DNA of 64,000 nt. Origin: Antedon mediterranea (taxonomy: Eukaryota > Animalia > Echinodermata). Positions 40,901-52,900 of this stretch are shown here, piece by piece; position 1 is the stretch's first letter, and the number at the start of each line of letters is the position of its first letter. The stretch is from assembly GCF_964355755.1 (NCBI RefSeq), contig NC_092672.1, forward strand, positions 27,224,437 through 27,288,436, given 5' to 3'. Both the position numbers and the translations under genes were made by a program. A model generated the notes under the pieces. It was given only the letters and a program-made list of their open reading frames with translations, did not search any database and was not told the origin of the DNA.

Positions 40901-43900
40901 AAATTCTGTACAAGGCCTAAATAAATATTTTAATGCCAAAAGTATCAATATTATTAATTATCTTCATAAAGGATTCTGTAAAATGTGAACTAGGTAGGCT
41001 TATTTACTTATTGTAGGCTGTCCCAGTAGATATTCTACTGATATTTGGCTATCGGCTTTTATATTGGGCAAATAAGATTTTACATCCCCTTGGGAAATTT
41101 TTTTTGTTTTCTCAAGAAAACTATCATTCCCAAGGGGATGTCAAATCTTTTATACTGTATAATCTTTTTATCTGTATAATAATATGTATATACTTGAATG
41201 TGGTTGGTTGAAAGTACTGTAATTGTAATGTCGACAGTGCATGCTATTTTAAACATATCTTCAATGTTAATTGAATTCACTATCCTGTCCCCACCTCCTT
41301 TAGTTTTACTATGAAAGAAGAATAACATACCATTTGTAATTTGTTTCTATATATTTATAAATTAAATTTTTAACCTATTACATTAACTTGACATTTTTGT
41401 TTTTTTAATTCAAATTTATTTTAAATTGCAATACAGAGCCAAGTCATGAGATACTGCAAACAGAGATTCCTCCGAACATCCAAAAGAAATTAGAGATTAT
41501 GTTTCAGACAGAAGGAAATGAGATTCAAGCATCTAGCAACAAATTTGTTATGACCATCAGGGACTTTGGAGGACAACCAGTTTATCATGTGATACAGCGG
41601 GTAAAGTTGTTTGTTCATTTAGTGTATGCTGCAATTTAATATCCACAAAAAAAATAAACCTCAAATCTCATTTGTTAGGTGTTTCATGTATGATTTTCAT
41701 TTGATTTTAATCTTAAATTTAGGTTTAAAATCAATTACGTGTATAGGGAAGAATTATACCAGTTTACAGTTCATTCCTATTAATTTTAATAATGTAGACT
41801 ATTAGTAGTCCCATGATAAAACTACAGTTAATAGAAACGAATATTTTAGGCACACTGGGCTCCTATGATACCAAATATGAAGGCACACTACAGCAGTCCT
41901 GAATATTTTAGTGTGAGTGAGTGTGATCAAATTGGCACATGTAAGAAAGAATGGCTGAGGGGAATAAAAAATACCACTTAAAATGATGAACTTGTCACCA
42001 GCTAAAATGTTTAGTTGATTGTACAGAAGGATGGCGACAGAAGTTTATACATTACTGTACCTATTTTTTTTAAATCATGCTCTAAAACACCTCTTATACA
42101 GTAAGCTGCTCTTCTGCATCTCACTTAAGCCTGTAGGCTGTCCAAAAGATGGTCTGCCGTCTATGGTCTGATTTGGCTTAATATTTGTAAAAAGAAAAAC
42201 ATTTTGGCACACATGGCGTGTGAATGAATAAAACAAAAGTATAACCCCTTTAGTAATTGTAGTTGACGCAACGGTATATAATAAACAACTACTAATATAA
42301 TGTAAAATAGCTGTATAATTTATTTCCAAGTGAATAATATATTAGATCCAAATCGATGAACAATAGATAAGATTGCAACAAGCTAGAAATGATGTGTATC
42401 AGAAAGAACGAATGTTACTGTGTGGTAAAACTTTAGATACCAATGATTTTAAGAGTTTCACCATTCACATTCTTTGACCAATAGGAATTATAATAATGTC
42501 CTTATCATATGGATAGGGAGTGATCACATTCCTACATGTACATGTGTGGTTAATTAATACTTATTCCTTTTACATGTGCTTTTACCAGGAAAAGTTGATA
42601 ACTGTCTAAACGACCTTTCTATGTAAAGATAAATGCAAGGCTGTTGATATACAACTCTGGGCTTTGAAAACCACCCATAATTAACATTATGAGGCTGCTA
42701 CACCCTGTTGGAGTGCCCATAAAAAGAATAAGGAACCAATAACTACCTATAGGGACATTGAAATTGCCTACTATTCATTAGAAGAATATTAATTGTATTT
42801 TCTTGAGAATGATTCTATAGTTTGTGTTTATCTTGTAGATCTTCATGGTATCATTTGCTGTTATTTGTGTTGTATTCAATCTCTGTGATGATCTTGATGC
42901 TCCAGCTAAAGTTCTGAATCCAACAACTGTAAGCAGTAATAATATTATTTTGTATTATTTTTTTCATACTTCTGTATAAATATATAGTTGATTTAGAAAA
43001 TTGAAATGATTTATATATCATGCAAAAAAAAGTTATCCAACCTTAATTGTTTTGTAGCAAATGTTGTTGTCTTCACAACTCGCTGTATTTAAATGGCATT
43101 GCGTAATTGTCTTCTCACATGTATTCACATAATAGTAATAATAGAGAGGTTTCGCAATCTTACGAATACGATAACGAAAACGGATACGTCACGCACACGT
43201 ATTCGTTTTCGTAAGCCATGAAAAAATCTGTTTCGCATGGCAACGAAATATTGAGGCGCGTCCAAAATATGACTACGGTAAATTTGAGTGAAGCGAAGTT
43301 ACGTGTTGCTTGGCTGCCTAGGCCTAGCGTAACATCAAAGCGAGTGAGGACTTTAAAAATTGACTTGGCATTTTAGTGAATTACTTTAGTAAATAACTTT
43401 CAAAAAATCTATAATTATATTATAATCATGAATCATTCCTGATTCAAAAGCAAAATGTGCAAAATAGATCAAAAACTATACTCGTTTTGTAGTTACGAAT
43501 ATGACTGGTGATATTCGTCAACACGAATACGCTTTACGAATATGAAATGGGGATCAGCTCAAAAGTTTCACAAATGTATGACGTATCCGTTTTCGTTATC
43601 GTATTCGTAAGGTTGCGAAACCTCCCTAATGGTAATATTTAAAATAAGTGGAACTGATTCTAAACTCACTCTATTAAACAAAGCAGTTGCTTAAAAAATT
43701 AATGAATAAGTTTATTTATTTTTATTTATCTATTTTTTATTTTACCCACGTTTTTTATTTTACTGATACCCACAGCATTGTCATGTTTTCAGTTATTTGC
43801 CTTTGGATTTATTTTAAAAAGATATTAATCTAATCCACTGGACTTAGTTGTTAGAAAACAGCGATTTTTCACAATCTTTCCAAGTCGTATCACATTAAGC

Positions 43901-46900
43901 TAAATGATGGAATGTCAGTGTTTGGTCAGAAATGGGGTCGAGGAGCTGTTAGTAAAGTGTCTAGGAATTTTGTTGATAGCTGAATTGAAAGTTCTGGATA
44001 AATTATGACGTAGGCCTCCCCTTCTGTTCAGGTTCGGTGCGTCGGTTCACCACAATGGGAGATACTGGCTACCCTAAACCACATCCATGTTGTTGCCTAT
44101 AGAATTTCATATTGCAAACAAAGTATAGGTGGTGTTAAGACAAAGTTCAAACAACAAATATACCTGATCTGGATTTAACTTGATTCTTTCTTTCAAGTAT
44201 AATCCTTGGCCAAAAATTCTCTTGAAACATTCGTCTTAAGATGGAACACATGTGAATATAGTGCTGATTATTCACACTTAACATCAACCACACTTTTAAC
44301 AATTCATGAGGATGTTGTCATGAACCCAGATGGTTTGTGAAAAAAGGCAGTATATGTAAAATGTGAAGCACAGTCCCTGAATAAATCAATCAATCAAAGT
44401 AACATTTATTTCTCTTATTTCATAAAGTTCATAATAACAAATAATAATTTGATTAAAATAAGACAGGCAAAATTCCAAAAAAGCAAAGATTGTACGAGGC
44501 AGCCCATAAAACTAAAAATGAAAACATGACTAAACAAGAACCGGGAACAGGACAAAAACTGTAATGAAAGCTTATAGTTTCAGAGTACCGAAAAAAGCTA
44601 AATTTTAAACAAGTACAATAAGTGAATGATAATTACACATAACTTGATGAAGAGGTGTTGTTGCAATTTAAAAGAAAAACTCTTCATTGATAAAGCACTT
44701 TTGATGGGAACAGGTACATTATCCCATAGTTTTGGACCAGTGAACTGAATGCTATGTTTGAAAGAAGAAGTTTTGTAAAAATGAATACGTATTTGATTTG
44801 CGCTCCGAGTTCTGTAATTATGAAAATTAAGATTTAAACTAATTAAATCATCAAACTAAGATGGAAGGAGCGAGTTTAACCATGAATAAAGGAAAACACA
44901 TTGTTGAAGATCGTTTATATCCTTGATTTTATGCAGACCAAATGAAGGATTTGAATTGGGATAAGGGAGGAGCATTTGCTATGTATCTTACAGTTTTTCG
45001 TTTGTATCAATAACAGTTTGTTTAAGTTGGATGGGTATGTATTAGCCCAACTAATATTACAGTGAGGTAAGGGAGGATTAATGAACAGTAAAGAATGCGG
45101 AGTATGTTTTCAGGGATGAAAGATGATAACCTATCTATGATACCAGAACTTTTGGATATTTTTTTTTCGACTTCAGTAATCTGATGTTTCCAATTTAGTT
45201 TTCTGTGCAGATAAACACTAACAAATTTAGTTTCTGAACAATAGGTATTAATAGGTACTGGTATTTAGTGGTATTTGTGAATTTTTGAACACCATACAAC
45301 AACACTTCTTTAAATTAACAGAAAGTTTGTTTGCAGAAAAGTATGTTAACATTTTGGGTAGATTTCCAGTTGATTTTTTAAAAAGGGAATCTACATTTTT
45401 ATCAGTGTAAATTAAGGTTGTGTCATCAGCATACAACAGAAACGAAAACATATTTACTCTAGTAGCTAGATCAACTTTCGTATGCACTTTGAGGTCCAGA
45501 GATTTTGACTTCAGAAATTGGTTTAGGGTGGTCAAACAATCATTTTTGGCTTGGTTACACATTTTGAAAATGTGACAAATGGTCAAAAGGTCAGGGTGTA
45601 AGGTTATAATATGTGTCCTTAAATCTCAACAACCACTTGTCACAGCGAGGTAATTTTGATTTTAAATTTATCAGAAGGTATACATTTTATATTCAGTCTA
45701 ATGGAAGCAGAAATGCCATTTCTGTTCGTTGACCCACAACACAGGACATGTATTATCTTCGTAACTACTGGTCATAGACACTTGAATTTGGTCTTAAATT
45801 GTTCGAAATATATATTTTGTTATTTGTTACACATTTTGAAAAATGTGTCAAAGGGTCAGGGTAAAAAGTTTTATGAACAAATAATAAACGGTACTTGTAT
45901 CTCGGCAACCACTGGTTGCAGGAAGCCAATTTTGGCATGCATTTATATTCAGTCTAATGGGGCATTTTATGAATGAAAAATGATCAGAAATGCCATTTCT
46001 GACCTTTGACCCACATACCAGGCATCTTCATATCTCTGTAAGTACTGGTCGTAGAAACTTAAATTTGGTATCAAATTCTTAGAAATACACATATATACAT
46101 TCAACAGAAAATTTGGTTAAAAGATGACCAGAAATACTATTACTAATGTTTCAAATGAAAAACATATCTCTACACAACTTATCCTTAGACAGTAATGTTA
46201 TGCAATAACTGATGCTTTAACAGTTTCATTATAGGAATGTTTTATGAGTCGTGCAATGGTACAAATCATTTTATAGTTTTACGAGTGAGATAATTTCATC
46301 TTTCAACTCATGAAATTATTTGTAAGAGTAATTTCACTTTTCCCTGTTTGTACCATTAAAACATTAATTATTTGTTTATTATAACACACCTACTTTTAAC
46401 AGACTATGACTATGCCAAGGCCTAAAACATTAGAAAAGGCAACGGCATATACCGAAATTGAATCTACTCAGATGTGCCAGGTACAATATTAATCACTAAA
46501 ATTAACACACACATTGAAAGAAGATGCATGAACTGACCAAACATATTACAGTACATAAATATTAAACGTAAAGGATAAATAAAAATAATCAATCAATAGA
46601 TTGAGAATTGTTTATAATTTTAGTGAGATCAAATGTTAATATTGTCAATGATTATGTATATTTTATATAGAAACAACTGTATGAACATCGAATGACAAAT
46701 CTTGACTTCATTCTTTACTGGATTCGTTCTATATACACAAATAGTAGACCTGATGGAAAGATAATTGATGGACAGCTTTCTCCTCCTGTCTTACTGATAG
46801 GTACACATTTACATGGCCTAGGAAATGAAGCAGAAAGGCAACAAAGGGTAAATTAAAAGCTCCAACAATGTTGAAAAATATATTTTGTAATGTAACAGAA

Positions 46901-49900
46901 TAATCTGCAAAACTGGTTTATCCTGATACAACTTTAAATGTTGTTTTGGTATGTATTAAAAACTTAGAAATTATTAAAACAACGTTATTGTAAATGTTTA
47001 CTAAACTTTGTTTATACCTTGAGATTATAGAAAGTCAGATTGCATTCATACTAGCAGACCAGGAAGATCTTGCCCAAATAGCATGATTGCACTTGTGACT
47101 TGGTAGAACAAACATATCAACTCGATCTTACATGAATATTAGCAGACCAAACCAAGCAAAACCATTCATTCTATGGTTCAAACGACTATTTACACTCATA
47201 TTCCGCCCAATATCAAAGGCGTAAATGGGATTTAGGCCAACCCATCTTCATTATTATGAGTTCCCACAATCATCATGTTGATTATCAAGGAACTACCAGT
47301 GTGGTGGCATCACCTGGTTTTGGGTTATTTATTTTATTTTTCTTTCTATGCTTTTTAATTTTTTTTTAAGGGAGTAACTTGAGTTGGCGGAGTTGTCATG
47401 ATGACTGTCTAAACCTCTGCCCCTGTTAACAAAGTTTAGTATACATGCACACACTTACAAATTAGATTCTAAAATGGAACCTTCACTTTACTCCAGGTTG
47501 CAAAAATAAAGGAAAAGATTCGGCAAGCCCTGAAAGACAAACCCTATGAGGCTATGGTGTGTTCAACTATATTTACCATTGAAAACAGTCTGGAAGTTGA
47601 CGAACAAAGCAGTGCTTCTGTCATTATAAACAAGATACAGAAATTTGCCAATGAAATGGTTCAAATTTTGCCAATAAGCTGGTTGCGATTCCACGAGAAA
47701 ATTCAAAGCTTGAAAAAAGATATCTATCTACCAACTTCTAAGGTAGGCACATATTAAGTAGACACAGGTGGTAAGTTTTGGATGGTTAGTTGTTACGTAA
47801 TAATGTTTTTTTTTCTGTGTCAGGTGATAAATAGTTTTTTTAAGGCAGATCTTTCATCTTTTCTTGTGCTTCTGTAGACTTTAGTAGAAAATAAGACTAC
47901 CTTTTGAGTGCAATGTTTTGTATTTTATGTTAATTTCAATTAATTTATATAATGTATTGCAACAATAAAGTTCAAGATGCGGCATAAGATAGAGTAATCC
48001 CAAGGAGAAAATTACTGACAAACTAACAATGCTGTAGCATCACTGGTTGATCTTAATGAAAATAAAAATCAAAAGTAAAACAGCCAGAAAAAAGTGCCAA
48101 TCGTTCAGAATCTTTATACTTTTTTTCAAACGTCAATACGGTTTTCAATAACCTTTTTTCTAGGTCTTTGATTTATTAAATGACTATGAAGTAAAAGAAG
48201 ATCAACAAGTTCTGCTTGAGTATTTACATGACATCGGAGAGATTCTCTACTTCCCAGATGACGACGCACTAAAATACATAATAGTTATAGATCTGATGAA
48301 ACTAGTTGACATTTTCAAAACAGTGATCACTGTCATAGACCCAGAGGAAATGGTTAGTAGAGTAAATGTTCTATATAAACATCATTTTGAACACTAATAA
48401 TGGCCCGCTGTTCAAATCAACAAATTTAGTTTTTATTGCGTTATAGTATTTAAATAAATATGGTAGATAGATAGAAAACAAAAAAGAATCTCATTATCAA
48501 TTATATACAAACAGTATAAACAAAATTAATTGCTCATAAATAATTGAAATTAATTTTTTTCTTTTAATATATACAGAAGCCAATTATGAAGAGGGCTTGG
48601 GGAAGACTGGATACTGGTATTCTAGAAGTTGGTTTGTTGAGACATCTATGGAAAGAGTTCTGTGATTCTGATGAGACTTTTAACTTCTTTACATCTCTCA
48701 TGCAAAACTTTGGTCTGATGTGTGAACAGAAAAGTTCAAAGGTATTAATTTGATATGAATATAAGATGATAAACCCATGAATGATTTGAAACTGATATTT
48801 CTTTATACTATCTTAATTTCCAAAATGTACACAATATTCTTTTTATTTTATAGAATGATGGACACATTTTCTATGTTCTCTCGCGTCTGAAACCATGCAT
48901 CTCACCACCACCTGAGTTTGATGAAAAGCGTGCAATTACTCTCTTTCATGATTTTGGTATTTTTTTTTTATTTTTCTTTTTGTACAAGCATCTCACTTGC
49001 ATTCATTCATAATTTAATATATTGCATGCGTACAATTGAGGGAGAGTTTTAAAGAGTCGCTATCCAATCGAGTTTGAACAATACCATGGAATGAAGTGGT
49101 CTATTGGTTAGGACATCTGCATATCAAGCAGAAGGTTCCAGGTTCCAGTCTTGGTTGGGGTGACTTTTTCTCATTCTCACAGATTTCCTCATCTTTATCG
49201 TTTCAAATTAATTAATTAAAATGTCAGTATATCACCGGGCGGTTTAGAATTGATGTTCTATGCCTGATGTGTTTATATATATATATAAATATATATAAAT
49301 GTAAACAATTCATTTATTTAATCAATATTTAGTACTACACCACCTAAATACTGTAGTAGATTTTCTAAATGTGTTTTTTAATTTACTTTATATTCATAAA
49401 AAGTCAATAGATTGAACCATGTGCCACATTTTAATATAGTAATACAAATAAGCAAAATGAAAAAAAAGATTGTCAATATAAAATTAATTTAATATATGCT
49501 AATTGCACTTATACTTAGTACATTTTTAAAACAATAAATTTTGCTGTTTTATGATTTAAGTACATACAAAGTCATAACATTACTTAAGCTACTGATTATA
49601 GAAACAAATATTTCTAGTAGCTTTTCTAGGATATAAATAGTTGTTGCCGTAGTGGTACTTTAAAACATCATAAACCCAATTTATTCCAAATATGTTATCT
49701 TTTCTTATTCTCTATTCCCTTAATTTAATTTGAAACTGACAGCGTCTTAAAATCTTCAAACAGTTAAAATACAACTTTTTATATTCTTTTAATTTTTCAC
49801 AAATAAGGTCTGTATGCACATTTGACTACCCTAGTTGTTTTGAAATATTTATTATTATATCAGTTATTATTTCCATGATAATGTAAAATGTAATACCTTT

Positions 49901-52900
49901 GCTAAATCATTTGTTACAGCTATTAAACAGAGAGAAGGAAGGGTTGATCGTGGTAGCTATCTTCCAGATGATCTCTTTCAACGTGCTGCTACTAAATTCA
50001 TCGAGAAATTTCAAATGAAAGATGTTGAACCTAAATTATCTTATCAGCATGTAGAATTAAATATTGATGCCAATCATCTAGTCATTCTATATGTGGCTAC
50101 CATAAACTGTCGCCGTATGTTACAGGTATAATTGAATATACTTTAAAGCTTTAATTTAAAACACTAATATACCATCATCATCAGATTTTAAACTTTAATC
50201 ACTTCTACAAATTATTGTACATTTAAAGTACAACCATTTTATAGAAATTAATTTTAGATATATTTTGTAAACTACCAGTCATTTTAAACATATTTCAGAC
50301 AACAATAGTCAGAACAAAACTCATCATCAATACCTGTAGTTCTTCAGGACACCAATGCACAGAAGATGACATTAAGCCACAGCATGAAGTATGCAAGAAG
50401 GTAAAGCTAAGATGTAAAAATAATATTCAAACAACATAATTATAACTGTTGGTTCCTATGTGTATATGGTTTACTGAAAACCATTAATCAAATTCCATAA
50501 TTTACTGTCTATACTTGTTTTTTTTTAAATAAAACTGTTTGATTTTAAACAATTGATGTTTTAGGGTTTGATTATTCCACTTACTGACTGAAACATGATA
50601 ATTCTACTAATTTTTATATGTCTGTTTACTTATGTACAGTATTATATTTTTCTAGGTTCTTTGTTTCCTTGAAAAAGAACTGAAAATGTTCGGTCAGAAG
50701 GATACACGTGGTCTTGACATGAAGATGTACATCCGTTGTACATGTTGTTCAAACAATGAACATGTTCATATGCATGCTATTGACAAGTTTGATACTGATG
50801 AGTTACCTTGTGGGAGAAACAAAATGGATGTGAAACATTACTGTAAATCGTTTGGCCAAGAAAAAACAAGTAAATATATTTATACAGTTATTTTTTTAGT
50901 ATCATGACAAGGTATGATAAAAGTGAAGATAAATGTAGAAAATACAGCAACTTAATAATGAATATAGAGTTTCAATAATAACTTAAAGAAATGAGGGTTT
51001 GAATTTATTGAACTGTAGATATGAGAATGATTCAGTTGTCAGATATGCAAAGTTGTGCAAATAAAAGAAAATAAAAAGTTGTATTCTTACATGTGCTGAA
51101 ATATCAATGCTGTGGCAATATTCAAGTTCTTCAGTCAGTTTCTGAGTGCTTTCATTAAATTGTTGAAAACGATTCTTTATTACAGCATCTGCTTTAAAAG
51201 GAACCCGTAAAAGAAAGAAGGCAGCAACTGCAGACATGTCCAATGAAGAAGAGAATTCAGGTTGAAAATATTAAATTGCACTTAATATTACTACCAACTT
51301 TTTAATGTAACTGCTACTAACTGCTATTATGATTTAATCAAAAGCATTTTAAAATTGTATCAACTATAATGCATACAAAAATGTAAACAAGATACAATAC
51401 AACTGTGCATTAACATTTGTAGTCTTTTTAATGCTTGTAGGGTACTCTTGTGAAGGCCGAAAAACTACTTCAAAACAGAAGAGAAAAAGAGGTATACAAT
51501 AATGTTTCAGTAAACTTAAAAGCATTGATAGATAATAAGTTGAAACTGAATACATGATATCAATAAACATAAAAAGACCGTTATAGATGAATTGAAACGT
51601 AGATATGAGTTCAAATAGAATCTCAGAATTTCACATTTAATGAATCTTAAGATTCTGTTGTTCAACTTGGGTTTAGGTTCAAGATTAATGTAAAGTAGTC
51701 TTGAAAACATTATTTTGATGGCATTCTGAAACTTCAGTCCGTTACTACTTACAATTAATGTTACACACTTTTTCAAAACAAACAGAATTATAACAAATGA
51801 ATGTTCTCTCATTGTCATATTTATGGTATCTACATAAATATTCATTGTGGCTGCTAATTGTCCGTTTACATGGTTTTCATGCAGTGAATTTACAATTTTT
51901 AATCAAATTTAATACGATAATCAAAATTTAAAAAAAATTTCCGAATATAAATTGTGTTTGTAACTAATATGTTATGAAATGTTAGCAGTGTAGAATTTAA
52001 ATGTATATTAATTCAACTGCATTAATTAAAAAAATGGTTTAATTGGACACCAACCAAATGAACTAATTAATTTTTGATGACCGTAATGTTTTGTTGGCAA
52101 AATGTTCAGTGAATAATTTATGTTTGCAACTTGTATTGTAGAGGTCCTGTGAATTGTGAATATTATATATAATCTTATTTTGTAACTTTTTTTTTCCCTA
52201 TTTTGTAGGAATTTCAGATTCTAAATTTGTCCAAATTAAAGTAGGATTTGCACAATTGTGTGATGATCGTTGTTTACTCAATATGCTGAAAGTATTGTAT
52301 AAAGATCTCCTGCCAACTGGTAAGTTAGTTGACGCATCAAAGACACCAATCCTGCTAAATTGTTTAACGGACAGAGGACATCTGACCAGAGATGACTTTA
52401 CTTTGCTTTCTGAAACCATAAAAGCAATGGAACTATTTGGATTGGCAAAAGAAATTCAAGAGGAAATTGGAGTGTTCTTAAATGTAAGGACTGTTAGATT
52501 TTCCAAATTAGCCCCTCATAGACGGATGTTGATCAAATTTGGTGATGAGCTGACCGGAGATGATGTGGAATCAATGAAAAGCTTTTTTAAAGTGGAACAC
52601 AAGGTTTATGCAGATAAATGGCATTTTATCATGGACCTTGAGGCAAGAAACGAAATCTGTGAGCAAAATATGCAGCCATTTATCAACAGTTTGAAGCTTC
52701 TGAAACTTCAAAGACCTTTGCAAGTTATATTAGAAGGTAATATGCTTCATTATTAAGTTTATTTTATTAAGTCATTGGAAGTAAAGTATATGCAGATTAC
52801 CTATTTAAAATTCATGCCAGCTTCAACATACAATACAAGCACTAGAGTTGCTGAGCCATCGTTACATAAAGCCTTTTCTATAGAATGAACTGAATAAAAT

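Noticed and set aside
49090-49165. Functional tRNA gene
   Set aside because: The stems are degenerate, the B box is imperfect and it is followed by a body and AT tail. It is better explained as a SINE.
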